From assembly GCA_951406725.2 (NCBI GenBank), contig OX597827.1:42904001-42968000 (forward strand): DNA of 64,000 nt, in the 5' to 3' direction. The notes beneath the pieces were generated by a model. It made no database searches. It saw only the letters and a program-made list of their open reading frames with translations, and was not told the origin of the DNA. The stretch comes from Octopus vulgaris. Lineage: Eukaryota. Position 1 is the stretch's first letter; each line of letters opens with the position of its first letter. A program made the translations under genes and the position numbers. Shown here piece by piece: positions 42,519-55,301 of the stretch.

Positions 42519-43260
42519 GCCCTGATGTAGTACCAGAAAGTAGCTTTCATGGCTTCTGATCTTAATCGATTGCAAGTGTTACTATGTACATTGTTTTGTC
42601 TTGGTAGAAAAGATGGGTCACAGCAAATATTCTGGGATCTTTTCGGTTTGAACGGCAGTTTTTTGTAGCGGTGTCACATGAAATTGTCACCCATAATTAT
42701 GACCCTAGTATCGATCTATTGCATTTCAATCTGTTTTAGTGTTAGGTTAGTTAGGGTTAGTTTGGGTTAGGGCTAGGGTTAGGGCTGGGGGGAAGAGTAT
42801 CTTTTTTTTTCTTCACAAATGTAAATAAACCCAATCTTTCTTAAACGAGGGACATGTTCATACGGCACGGAATGTTTTTTACCTCAATAGACGTCAGTGA
42901 TTGGTTGAAATTGCAGAAATTGAAGAAAAAAAGCAACAAATATCTTACAAACTACACAATTTTCTCAATAAAGCCAAGAGAAAAAGATGTTTTATAAACA
43001 CATTCTACCAGTATACGAAGTTTAAAATTTTTTAGTTACCTAGAAATTATGTTAAAAACTGCCGTTCAAACCGAAAAGATCCATATTCTGTTCCAATACC
43101 ATAGATTTAATTGTTAGTTGCATGACATTAACCAGTTGAATGTGTCCTTTAGTGACTGACGATATGTGCCTCTCTAATCGCACATTTGTACCCCAGTGTC
43201 ACTTTGATGGCATGCATTTCTCTTTCCCTCTCTCTTTCTGGTGGCATGCATTCCTCTCTT
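42519..43260 (+). mobile_element. Diverged element X, interrupted by a MITE and internally deleted
   Basis: GCCCTGATGTAGTACCAG...CAGCAAATATTCTG|MITE|ATATTCTG...TACCCCAGTGTCACTTTGATGGCATGCA. Confidence 0.75.
42635..43082. mobile_element. 448-bp MITE with perfect 29-bp TIRs and an 8-bp TSD (Merlin-like GG...CC ends)
   Basis: TIR GGATCTTTTCGGTTTGAACGGCAGTTTTT at 42635-42663 and 43054-43082; TSD ATATTCTG at 42627-42634 and 43083-43090. Confidence 0.92.
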
Positions 43261-43495
43261 TCTTTCTCTCTATAACAATAATGTTTATAGTAAAATTTTT
43301 ATAGTAAATTTAATTGATGCTTTATACTGTTCAAATGTCCTCAATGCAAGACTAGCTCCTCACATCCTTTATACTCGTTTTATACTTCTTTTCTTTTTTT
43401 ATCCCCCTCCCCACTTTTCTATACTTATTCTTTTTGTTAGTTTGCTTTACCCATGAACATTTGCAATTTGACATGTGTAGTGAATGAACGAACAC

Positions 43496-43607
43496 GAAGA
43501 AGAAGGAGGAGGAGGAGGAGGAGAGAGGAGAGAGGAGAGAGGAGGAGGAGGAAGGAACGAGAGGAAGAAGGAGGAGGAGGAGGAAGAGGAGGAAGAAGGA
43601 GGAGAAG

Positions 43608-43639
<32 letters not shown>

Positions 43640-43984
43640 GAAGAAGACGAAGAAGACAAAGAAGACGAAGACGAAGAAGAAGACGAAGAAGACAAAGAAG
43701 AAGAGGAGAAGAAGAAGACGAAGAAGAAGAAGAAGAGGAGAAGAAGAAGAAGAAGACGAAGAAGTCGAAGAAGAAGAAGAAGAAGAAGAAGAAGAAGAAG
43801 AGAAGAAGAAGAGGAGAAGAAGAGGAGAAGAAGAAGAAGAAGGAGAAGAAGAAGAAGAAGAAGAAGAAGAACAAGAAGTGGAAGGAGGAGGGGCGGATGA
43901 GGGAAGGAGGAAGAGAAGAAGAAGAGGAGAAGAAGAAGAAGAAGAAGAAGAAGAAGAAGAAGAAGAAGAAGAAGAAGAAGAAGA
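43496..43984. repeat. ~490-bp (GAA)/(GGA)n purine tract
   Basis: Seen directly; gives the poly-R/K/E ORFs. Confidence 0.95.
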
Positions 43985-44749
43985 ATGCTAACGAAACCAA
44001 CGATGCCTGCCCCTACGTATCAAGCTTATTCTCTGTAGTGTTTGCATATAAAGCTAGATCAAAGGAAACAGCAACAACGACGGCGACAATGATGATGATA
44101 ATGATGATGATGATGATGATGATATCTTTTATTAGCTACAAAGGCCCAACCCGTGGAAAGCAATATCAAAGGACGAGATACAATACACAAGACACAGAAA
44201 TTGCGAAAGTTTAACATCGACCGGGGCGGCGGGGGTTATGAGACTCTACAATATTAAAGGATATAACAAAAAGATATATTAAAAAGAAATCAGGAAAATA
44301 AATAATTAATTAATAGAATCTCTAACAGCGGGGTAGTTCATTTTGGGTAATTCGGGGTAAACCCTACACCAAATGTCTCGGGTTACTCTCTCACCTTCAG
44401 GGCAGCAGGCCAGCCGGATGACCGACCAGCCACCCAACAAAACAGCCGGCCAGCCAGCTAGCCGACCGAACTGTCCTATGTAAATGCGGTCACAGTACAC
44501 ATGACATGGACCACACGTTCCAGTTAATTACCTGTTATTTAGAAAAGCATACTCAAATGTAAATCCATTCAACCTCACCAGCCATGCCACTCACCTCCGA
44601 GATCGATATGTCCCTATACAATCAAGTAATGCCCGAGAGTAAATGGATGAAAAGTAAGGATTCAGTTGTTGGATCAACCAAATCCCCAGTTCACTGAATC
44701 ATCGTACAATTGGTTGAGTATTCCGCAGACATATTTACTCTAGGATAGG

Positions 44750-45062
44750 AGCACTCTGTCGGTTACGACGACGAGGGTCCCAGCTGGTACGATCAATGGA
44801 ACAGCTTGCTCGTGAAATTAATGTGCAAGTGACTGAGCAATCCACAGACACGCGTACTTCTAACGTAGTTCTCAGGGAGATTCAGCGTGGCACAGAGTGT
44901 GACAAGGTTGGCCCTTTGAAATACAGGTACAACTCATTTTTGCCAGCTGAGTGGACTGGAGCAATGTGAAATAAAGTGTCTTGTTCAAGGATACAACGCG
45001 TCATCGGGAATTGAACTCACGACCTGACAGTCGCGAGCCGAATGCCTTAACCACCAAGCCAC
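44750..45062 (-). mobile_element. SINE family C, tail type 3
   Basis: Shares its tail with 49378-49690 and 54352-54604. Confidence 0.8.
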
Positions 45063-45963
45063 AGAACCGGTATGAATCCGTGAGTGACCAGGCTGGAGAT
45101 TTTGATCAACAGATACAGTCTACATCGGACGGGATTTCACACAGTTTTTGTCAACTCAGTTTCATTGATACTGATGTGGGTTGACCCAGGGATATGATAG
45201 AAGAAAAAAAAATATTTGTCCAATGATGCAATGCGGTGGGATCGAACCTTGGATCACCCACCCACCTGGTTGAGAAACTTGTTTAACCGTCTTCAAACCG
45301 TCAAATGTTGGATGGCGTGACTCTGAGGTTTTTGGTTTTTTACTTTTTTTCTGCTCATAGGAAGAAGCAGGGATGGTCATGGCTGGAACGCATTTCACCC
45401 TAAATCTGATCTGCAGCCAAAGCACCTCTACGAACAACAGTAAAAACAATAACAGTTAAAAACAACAACAACAACAACAATAGTAATTCCAAGCAATGCA
45501 GCCAACAAAACCGACCTAACCACTCAACCGACCAGATCGGTCTACAAGCCAGCCTGCCAGCGGGTCAGCCGGATACCCACCAGCCACCCAACCAAATAAC
45601 GGGCCAGCCAGCCAGCCAGCCGACCAAACTGTCCTATGTAAATGCAGTCACAGTACACATGACATGGACCACACGTTTTGCACAGTGCAATGTATATTGT
45701 TGTAGTTTACACAGCTAGCTATTCCATAACTCTCTCTCTCCTGTCCCACCCCACCTCCTGCCTCTCCTCCTTGTCCCTCCTCCTCCTCCTCCTTCTCCTC
45801 CTTCACAAACTATCTCCTCTCTCTTTTTCTCTTTCTCACTCTCTCCTCTATATGTATACATCTATTGTTATTTTATGTCTATGTTGCATTGTATTGTTCG
45901 TTCTTTGTCACAACGCTTTCACAACACACACACACACACGCACACACACATATATATATATAT

Positions 45964-46734
45964 AGGCGTAGGAGTAGCTGTGTGGTAAGTAGCTGGCGGC
46001 GAGCTGGCAGAAACGTTAGCACGCTGGGCGACCTGCGTAGCCGTATTTCGTCTGTCGTTACGTTCTGAGTTCAAATTCCGCCGAGGTCGACTTTGCCTTT
46101 CATCCTTTCGGGGTCGATAAATTAAGTACCAGTTACGCACTGGGGTCGATGTAATCGATTTAATCCGTTTGTCTGTCCTTGTTTGTCCTCTCTGAGTTTA
46201 GCCCCTTGTGGGTAGTAAAGAAATAGGTATTTCGTCTGCCGTTACGTTGTGAGTTCAAATTCCGCCGAGGTCGACTTTGCCTTTCATCTTTTCGGGGTCG
46301 ATAAAGTAAGTACCAGTTAAGCACTGGGGTCGATATAATCGACTTAATACCTATGTCTGTCCATGTTTGGCTCCTCTATGTTTAGCCCCTTGTGGGTAAT
46401 AAAGAAATAGGTATTTCGTCTGCGTTACGTTGTGAGTTCAAATTCCGCCGAAGTCGACTTTGCCTTTCATCCTTTCGGGGTCGATAAATTAAGTACCAGT
46501 TACGCACTGGGGTCGATGTAATCGACTTAATACCTATGTCTGTCCTTGTTTGTCCGCTCTGTGTTTAGCCCCCTGTGGGTAATAAAGAAATAGGTAAGTA
46601 GCTTGTTTACCAACCATATGGTTCCGGGTTCAGTCCCACTACATGGCACCTTGGGCAACTTTCTTCTACTATAGCCTCGGGCCGACCAGATCCTTGTGAG
46701 TGGATTTGGTAGACGGAAACTGAAAAATGCCCGT

Positions 46735-46737
<3 letters not shown>
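45964..46737 (+). mobile_element. SINE A head interrupted by a SINE B trimer (45995-46592) with an 11-bp TSD
   Basis: TSD GGTAAGTAGCT at 45984-45994 and 46593-46603. Confidence 0.9.
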
Positions 46738-46821
<84 letters not shown>

Positions 46822-46822
46822 G

Positions 46823-46885
46823 TATACTGGGCTTCGTATATTTTACCCCAGTGTCACTTTGATGGCATGCACTCCTCTCTTATAC
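46823..46885 (+). mobile_element. Element X 3' stub
   Basis: TATACTGGGCTTCGTATATTTTACCCCAGTGTCACTTTGATGGCATGCAC followed by (AAT)n. Confidence 0.75.
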
Positions 46886-46916
<31 letters not shown>

Positions 46917-47136
46917 TTTCAATACATACATACTTATGTTAAAAACAATGGCTGTCAGCAATGTCCAGACTACATATATATATTCACAAATGGACATGAC
47001 TCTATCGTTCAATTAACGAAACCAGCGGGTACCTTTATATATCACAGGTCACAAGGGCCTTCGTTCTTGATTTTACCTTTTTTTTCCCGAAAGTTTTCAC
47101 TTTATTGTTATGACGTAAGAATAGTTTTATACCCGT

Positions 47137-47508
47137 CGAACTGGCAGAAACGTTAGCACGCCGGGCGAAATGCTAAGCGGTATTTCGTCTGCAGGTACAT
47201 TCTGAGTTCAAATTCCGCCAAGGTCGTCTTTGCCTTTCATCCTTTCGGGGTCGATAAATTAAGTACCAGTTACGCACTGGGGTCGATGTAATCGACTTAA
47301 TACATATGTCTGTCCTTGTTTGTCCCCTCTGTGTTTAGCCACTTGTGGGTAATAAAGAAATAGGTATTTCGTCTGCAGTTACATTCTGAGTTCAAATTCC
47401 GCCAAGGTCGTCTTTGCCTTTCATCCTTTCGGGGTCGATTAAATAAGTACCAGTTACACACTGAGGTCGATATAATTGACTTAATCCGTTTGTCTGTCCT
47501 TGTTTGTC
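47137..47508 (+). mobile_element. SINE family B dimer
   Basis: Two head-to-tail bodies sharing the private variant CCAAGGTCGTCTTTG. Confidence 0.85.
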
Positions 47509-47777
47509 ATGACCTCTCGCAGAATCAGTATGTTCACACAGAACGCACTCCGTAACCAATACAGACGATCAACGCTGTCAACTGTACCGCTGTCAACTAC
47601 TTAAAGTTCACACAGTTGTTTTATCTTATTGAAATGCATGAATCTACTTTCAGTCATGTGGGGGTGGTCGAGATCCTCCCACAACATTTATCAATGGTCA
47701 TTTTATGCCGTTAGGCATACTCGGGGTCCTCAAGAGTCTATGGGCACAATTTTGATTTATGTATGCCGTGAATTGCT

Positions 47778-48177
47778 ACTCTTTTACTTGTTTCAGTCAT
47801 TTGACTGCGGCCATGCTGGAGCGCTGCCTTTTGTCGAGTAAATCGACCCCAGGACTTATTCTTTGTAAGCCTAGTACTTATTCTATCGGTCTCTCTTGCC
47901 GAACCGCTAAGTGACGGGGATGTAAACACACCAGCATCGGTTGTCAAGAGATGTTGGAGGAACAAACACAGATACACAAATACACTCATATATATACATA
48001 CATATACATTGATAATAAATACATATATACGACGGGATTCTTTTAGTTTCCGTCTACCAAATCCACTCACAAGGCTTAGGTCGGTCTAAGGCTATAGTAG
48101 AAGACCCGCAGTGGGACTGAACCAGGAACTATGTGGTTGGTAAGCAAGCTACTTACCACACAGCCACTCCTGCGCCT
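47778..48177 (-). mobile_element. SINE family A
   Basis: Reverse match across its length, with a small internal deletion. Confidence 0.85.
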
Positions 48178-48193
48178 AAAGTATACACTTTGA

Positions 48194-48260
48194 TGTTCCT
48201 GTGTTGACTCGAACCACCAACCTTTCAGTTGACAGCCGAATGCGCTAACCGATTTCGCTT
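48194..48260 (-). pseudogene. tRNA-Asn-derived pseudogene (anticodon now GTC)
   Basis: GCGAAATCGGTTAGCGCATTCGGCTGTCAACTGAAAGGTTGGTGGTTCGAGTCAACACAGGAAC versus metazoan tRNA-Asn GCGCAATCGGTTAGCGCGTTCGGCTGTTAACCGAAAGGTTGGTGGTTCGAG. The 5' acceptor strand is lost. Confidence 0.75.
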
Positions 48261-48477
48261 TGTAAATATAGATTCATATATTTTATGTGTATATATGTGT
48301 GAGTGCATGCACTTCACTTTTACCTTTTGAACGATGGAGGACCCCCACTTACTTATTTTATCGACTCCCAAAGGACGAAAGGTAAAATCGACCTCGGCGG
48401 AATTCGAACTCAGAACGTAAAGAGCGGACGAAATGCCGCTAAGAATTTTGTGCGACGCACTACTCATTCTCCCTGTG

Positions 48478-49695
48478 CAATACATACATACATACATACA
48501 TACATACATACATGCAGTCATACATACAAATATACATGCATGCCTACATACATACATGCATACATTCATACATACATGCATACATACAAATATACATGCA
48601 TGCCTGCATACATACATGCATACATTCATACATACATACATACATACATACATACATACATGCATGCAAACTTACATACATACATACATACATTCATACA
48701 TACATGCATACATACATACATACATACATGCACATACATACATACATACATACATACATACATACATACATACATACATACTTGCATATTTACATACAAA
48801 TATGGACGATTACAAATTTGCATATAAACACACACACATGAGCATTCATACAGATAGAAATTAACATATAAACATACACACACGTGCGCGCATACATATG
48901 CATGAATATTCAAATTTATTGATAAACAAAAGCACACACTTATACGCTATACTCAAGCACACTCACACACACACACAGAGGCACATACTGACACTCATGC
49001 ACACTCACACATACATACACACATACACACACAGGCACACATACTGACACTCATACACACTCTCTTACACACACACACACAATCTCACATTTACACTGAT
49101 ATAGCCAAGTACACATACACACATAAAAGTAGAAATACACACGTAAACACATACATACGGACACGTGCACGCACACAAGCTCTTACATTTATACAGATAT
49201 ACTCAGGCACATACACACACATTCAAAATCAAATTCACTCATAAACACACATACACACAAACACGTACACACACGCACATGCAGACAGACAGACAGATAC
49301 ATACACACGCAGAACGCACACAGATACGTACACACAAACACATACACACACTCTCGCATTTACAAAGAGATTTACATGGCACTCCGTCGGTTACGACGAG
49401 GAAGGTTCCAGTTGAACCGATCAATGGAACAAACTGCTCGTGAAATTAACGTGTAAAGTGGCTGAGCACTCCGCAGACATTCGCACCCTTAACGTAGTCC
49501 TCAGAGTGATTCAGCGTGACAAGGCTGGCCCTTTGAAATGCAGGTACAACTCATTTTTGCCAGCTGAGTGGACTGGAGCAACGTGAAATAAAGTGTCTTG
49601 CTCAAGGACACAACACGCGCTACAAGGAATCGAACTCACGACCTTACGATTGTGATCCTAATACTCCTAAACACTAAGCCACGCAACCACATATA

Positions 49696-49762
<67 letters not shown>

Positions 49763-50900
49763 GCGCACGCACACACACATATCGTCACATTTAGAAAAAG
49801 ATTATACGGAAGTATACGCATGCGTACGTATACAAAATCACTTTCACGCATAAAGACACACGCATACATAATTACATACACACATAGATACATACATACA
49901 TAGCAAACATTATGTACATACATATATGCACACATAAATAAATAGATACATAAATACATGCATGCGTATAATACATACACGCACATACGCATGCATGCAT
50001 GCATACTACATGCATGACAAACATTATGTACATACATACATATATACATACATGTACACATAGATAGATAAATACATACATGCATACCTACATGCATACA
50101 TAATGCATACATACATACTTGCATACATAAATGCATACATACATATTTGTATACATGCATACATGCATACATACATACATGCATACATGCATACATGCTT
50201 GCATACATAAATACTTGCATACATACATAGCTGCAAACATGCATGCATACATACATTCATGCATGCATACATAAATACGTGCACGCATAGATAGATAATA
50301 CATACAGGCATACATACGTAATGCACACATAGATAGATACAAACATACATACATGCATACATATATACATGCATACATGCATGCATCCATCCATACATGC
50401 ATATATACATACATGCATATATGCACACATGCATATATACATACATGCACATATAGATAGATACATACATACATATATACATGCATACATGCATACATAC
50501 ATGCATACATGCCTTCCCGGATTCATACCTACATGTGTGCATGCATACATACATGCATGCATATATATATAGCATACATATATATGCATACATGCATGCA
50601 TACATAACATAATGTACAGACACATACATACATTCATACATGCATGCATACACATACACATACATACATACATACATACATACAGAATAGCATACAACAT
50701 ACATACGTACACACGTAACAAACATACACAAGGAACAGCTACCCATTCATCCATCCATCCATCCATCCATCCATCCATACATACATACATACATACATAC
50801 ATACATACATACATACATACATACATACATACATACACGCTCTATTACATGCACTATTACATGCACAAACACGCGCTAACACACACACACACATACACAC
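48478..50900. repeat. Degenerate (TACA)/(TGCA)/(CA)n field containing a SINE C (minus strand, 49378-49690)
   Basis: Seen directly. Confidence 0.9.
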
Positions 50901-51344
50901 AAATTTACACATAAGTACACACTGAGGAAAAGAACATTTGCAGCACACACATAAACAGGTCAGCAACCGTTTTCACAGTGAAACAGGTTTCTGAAACAGG
51001 TTTCAAATTACCAGGAATGCTTCGCTCAAACCATTTCAATAAAAAAAAAATTTTTTAAAAAAGATAAGAAAAAGAAAAGAAAGAAAACCTGCCTGAATAG
51101 ACTATTATTATCATTTTTTTTCCAGTGGATTGGCAGTTTTAGATGGAGGGAAATAATGGCTCCCGTTGCATACATTCTGAGTTCAAACCTCGACGTATTC
51201 AAGGTTGTCTTGAACCTCCCGAGGTTCTTGTGGGTTAGGGAATAATAGAAAGTACAAGCTGAGGATATGCAGTATGTATGCATGTATATACGCACACACA
51301 CACACACACATGTATATATGTGTGTTTGTTTGTTTGTGTGTGTT

Positions 51345-51408
<64 letters not shown>

Positions 51409-51452
51409 AGAATGTAAAAAGAGAGAAAATAGACAGCTTCTGGCAATACGGG

Positions 51453-52109
51453 AAGTTTCATAAGACCTTTATATTTCGGTTTCAAAGGCCCATCTTCAGA
51501 AGAAAAGACCAGTTATGTAGGATCCGATAATACATGGATCCATAATAATTATTATCGTCATAGGCGTAGGAGTGGCTGTGTGGTAAGTAGCTTGCTTACG
51601 AACCACATGGTTCTCGGTTCAGTCCCGTTTCAAAGGCCCATCTTCAGAAGAAAAGACCAGTTATGTAGGATCCGATAATACATGGATCCATAATAATTAT
51701 TATCATCATAGGCGTAGGAGTGGCTGGGTGGTAAGTAGCTTGCTTACGAACCACATGGTTCTCGGTTCAGTCCCGTTTCAAAGGCCCATCTTCAGAAGAA
51801 AAGACCAGTTATGTAGGATCCGATAATACATGGATCCATAATAATTATTATCATCATAGGCGTAGGAGTGGCTGGGTGGTAAGTAGCTTGCTTACGAACC
51901 ACATGGTTCTCGGTTCAGTCCCGTTTCAAAGGCCCATCTTCAGAAGAAAAGACCAGTTATGTAGGATCCGATAATACATGGATCCATAATAATTATTATC
52001 ATCATAGGCGTAGGAGTGGCTGTGTGGTAAGTAGCTTGCTTACGAACCACATGGTTACCGGTTCAGTCCCACTGCATGGCACTTTGGTTAAGTGTCTTCT
52101 ACTACGTCG

Positions 52110-52163
<54 letters not shown>

Positions 52164-52437
52164 CGACGGGCTTCTTTCAGTTTCCGTCTACCAAATCCAC
52201 TCACAAGAATTTGATCGACCCGAGGCTATAGTAGAAGACACTTACCCAAAGTGCCACGCAGTGGGACTGAACCGGAAACCATGTGGTTCTAAGCAAGCTA
52301 CTTACCACACAGCCACTCCTACGCCTATGACGATAATAATTATTATGGATCCATGTATTATCGGATCCTACATAACTGGTCTTTTCTTCTGAAGATGGGC
52401 CTTTGAAACCGAAATATAAAGGTCTTATTAAACTTTA
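51453..52437. repeat. Four 148-bp tandem units inside a fold-back (Penelope-like HHR segment fused to a SINE A head)
   Basis: Units start at 51479, 51627, 51775 and 51923. The inverted copy is at ~52230-52437. Confidence 0.9.
52385..52422 (+). ncRNA. Minimal HHR-like motif (mirror copy at ~51465-51503 on the minus strand)
   Basis: CUU-CUGAAGA-U-GG(GCCUUUGAAA)CC-GAAA-UA-UA-AAG. Confidence 0.45.
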
Positions 52438-52439
52438 GT

Positions 52440-52455
52440 AGAAGCCCGTCGTATA

Positions 52456-52536
<81 letters not shown>

Positions 52537-53270
52537 GACGGGCTTCTTTCAGTTTCCGTCTACCTAATCCACTCACAAGAATATATATATATATATAAGT
52601 ATGTGTGTGTATATGTTTGTGTGTCTGTGTTTGTCCCCCCCAACATCGCTTGACAACCGATGGTGGTGTATTTACGTCCTCGTAACTTAGCGGTTCGGCA
52701 AAAGACACCGATAGAACAAGTACTAGGCTTCCAAAGATTAAGTCCTGGGGTCGATTTGCTCGACTAAAGGCAGTACTCCAGCATGGCCGCAGTCAAATGA
52801 CTGAAACAAGTAAAAGAGTAAAAAAGTATTATTATTATTATTATAATTATTATTATTATTATTATTAATTCGGTGAGCTAGCAGAGTCGTTAGCACGCTG
52901 GACGAAATGCTTAGCTGTATTTCGTCCGCCGCTGCGTTCTGAGTTCAAATTCCGCCGAGGTCGACTTTACCTTTCATCCTTTCGGGGTTGATAAATTAAG
53001 TACCAGTGACGCACTGGGGGTCGATCTAATCGAGTTAATCCCTTTGTCTGTACTTGTTTGTCCTTTCTACGTTTAGCCCCTTGTGGGTAGTAAAGAAATA
53101 GGTATTTCGCCCGTCGTTACGTTCGGAGTTCAAATTCCGCGGAGGTCGACATTGCCTTTCAATCTTTCAGGGTCGATAAATCAAGTATCAGTTGAGTACT
53201 GGGGTCGATCTAATCGAATGGCCCCTCTCCCCAAAATTTCGGGCCTTGTCCCTAAAGTAGAAAGGATTAT
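52440..53270 (+). mobile_element. Rearranged SINE A 3' half (to ~52826) followed by a SINE B dimer (~52870-53270)
   Basis: Matches to the family A and B sequences elsewhere in the window. Confidence 0.8.
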
Positions 53271-53379
53271 TATTGTTGTTGACGTTGTTGTTGATGGTTA
53301 ATCATTTGCTTCAAAAAGTTGTGCCACATTTTGACCTGTTTCTACCGCGCAATAATTTTTCATTACGAAATTTAGAGAC

Positions 53380-54704
53380 TATATATAACCGCCTACCATA
53401 GACGCATCCTTGTGATTAACTGTGAACCCAATATCAGCTTCAGAGACGTCCGTTTCCGCAATAAACAGCAAATGTTCGTCTATTTTCACTTTGACAGATT
53501 CCATAACAAATGCTGAATCACTCAATGACGTTATAGCTTTCCTTGAAAGCGGAAACTGATCGTTGATGACATGACTTATTCTTTCAAAGAAACGAGGAAC
53601 TTATCACACGAACTAAGCGATATGAGGTAGAGATAGTAATTTCTTAAAGCGGATTTAAACGTGAACGTTCAGGACGCAGTTAGTTAAGGCTAATTGAATA
53701 AGCTAGAATAGAGATTCATTGGAACATTTTACATTTGTCTTCATTAGTGTCATGTTAAATCTACGGGTAACTTTTAAGAATTTAGATAAAGACGTTGTTA
53801 TTGACTGAATCATTCAAGGAATCTCTCTAAAAGGACTCGTTGAAATATTTGGTTCTGAAAACGTTATCTCTGAATCAGTTGTGCGTAACCAGAGGTTGCC
53901 GACTAAGAAATTATATGAGTATGATATCGAAAGCTTCGGTTAAATTGACTGCGTCAAACACGACATATTGTCAACCAGGCTTAAATATAGGCTTAACTAC
54001 GGCTTAAAGTCGGTCTTCACACATAGACAAAGTCTAAATAGGTGTACGTGCCTTCCAACTCGTTTCCGTTAAGAAGATTATCTGTAATTCTTCGGAAATA
54101 CAGAATACTCTTTGTAAGACCGAAATGAAGACGTTTAAACCGAAACATCTGTTTCTAACGCGGTAAATGCCTTATCATCAGAATGCAACAATGGTTTGTC
54201 TTATATAACTTGATAGTATTTTAAGTAACTTATATAAGAAGTTTGTTACTAAGTCAGGCAACAGATAAATGTCTAATTAGGTGATTTTATTGTTTCGGAA
54301 TAGTCTAATACTAAACCCTCTTTTATTGGTAGCATTAACAATATGTACTTCCTAGCGGTGCTCTTTGTCCTTGAGCGAGACACTTTTCTCCTGTTGCTCC
54401 AGTTCACTCAGTTGGCAAAAATGTGTTATATCTGTATTTCAAAGGGCTGGCCTTGTCAAATTCTTTGTCACACAGAACTATGTTAGAGGTACGTGTGTCG
54501 GTGGAGCGATCGGCCGCTTGCACGTTAATTTCACAAGAGGACCGTTCTGTTAATCGGACCAACTGGTAAGCTCATCGTCGAAAACGACGGAGTACCAGTA
54601 GAAAAACTGTACTTGTGCTATTGGGTAAATCATTTTGTTCCATAATGTATTCGTTGAGCGCCCTAATCACTTCCGATCGAATAAACTTGGTTTCAGACAT
54701 TAGT
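53380..54704 (-). mobile_element. Ancient Ty3/Gypsy pol relic (RT to start of RNase H), interrupted by a SINE C (~54352-54604)
   Basis: Collinear motifs across stops and frameshifts: FIRSEVIRALNEYIMEQ..P.AQV, LDYSET.NKIT*LDIYLLP, HSDDKAFTALET, RLHFGLT..FRRITD..LEGTYTYLDF (YxDD position), NEDKC, LRPERSRLNPL, FPLS and DEHLLFIAETDVSEADIGFTVNH (cf. ETDAS..AIGA.L.Q). Confidence 0.8.
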
Positions 54705-54716
54705 AATTATAAAATT

Positions 54717-55001
54717 CACAAATATATGGGAAACTACCACCTGTGTCATCTCTTGTGAAAGGTAGGAGAGTCCAGTTTGCTGGACATTGTTGTAGAGCTG
54801 AAAAAGAAGTAATTTCTACTCTTCTCCTCTGGAAGCCATCTACTCGCAATACCAGAGGGCGCACACTCTCCTACCCTGTTGTAATCTCCAGGATACAGGC
54901 ATCCAGCAACAGGACCTCCGTAATGCCATGATGGACCGTGAAGTCTGGCGTAGCATGGTAAATTCCATTGTCTCGACCACGGTCGAACAATGATGATGAT
55001 G
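54717..55001 (+). mobile_element. 5'-truncated RTE-clade LINE with a (TGA)n tail and 12-bp TSD
   Basis: IYGKLPPVSSLVKGRRVQFAGHCCRAEKEVISTLLLWKP...AMMDREVWR; TSD AATTATAAAATT at 54705-54716 and 55002-55013. Confidence 0.88.
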
Positions 55002-55301
55002 AATTATAAAATTTCGTAATTATAATTTAAACAATGTTAAACTAGTGAAGACTCCCACGTCCTGTTTAATGAGGACAGAACAACGACGCTCCAAGCCCGG
55101 TTGGGGAAACCCAACGAATATAAATTTAAAAGAACGAACGATTAATACCAGTCTAGTATTAGAATTAATGTTATCCACTCACACCTCGCAAAACTTCTGA
55201 CCCCCTGCCTTGTTCTGAAACAACTGTAACAACCATAGATTATTCAGAAAATCCGAGCAATAAAGCTGTTGGACATATTTGTTCATATTTGCTCGGTTAT
55301 T

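Noticed and set aside
42737-42790. Telomere or chromosome-fusion scar
   Set aside because: Short, degenerate and wholly inside a TSD-flanked MITE.
53498-53559. Apparent plus-strand terminal exon (TTTGACAG|DSITNAESLNDVIAFLESGN*)
   Set aside because: It is the antisense shadow of the Gypsy RT/RNase H frame on the minus strand.
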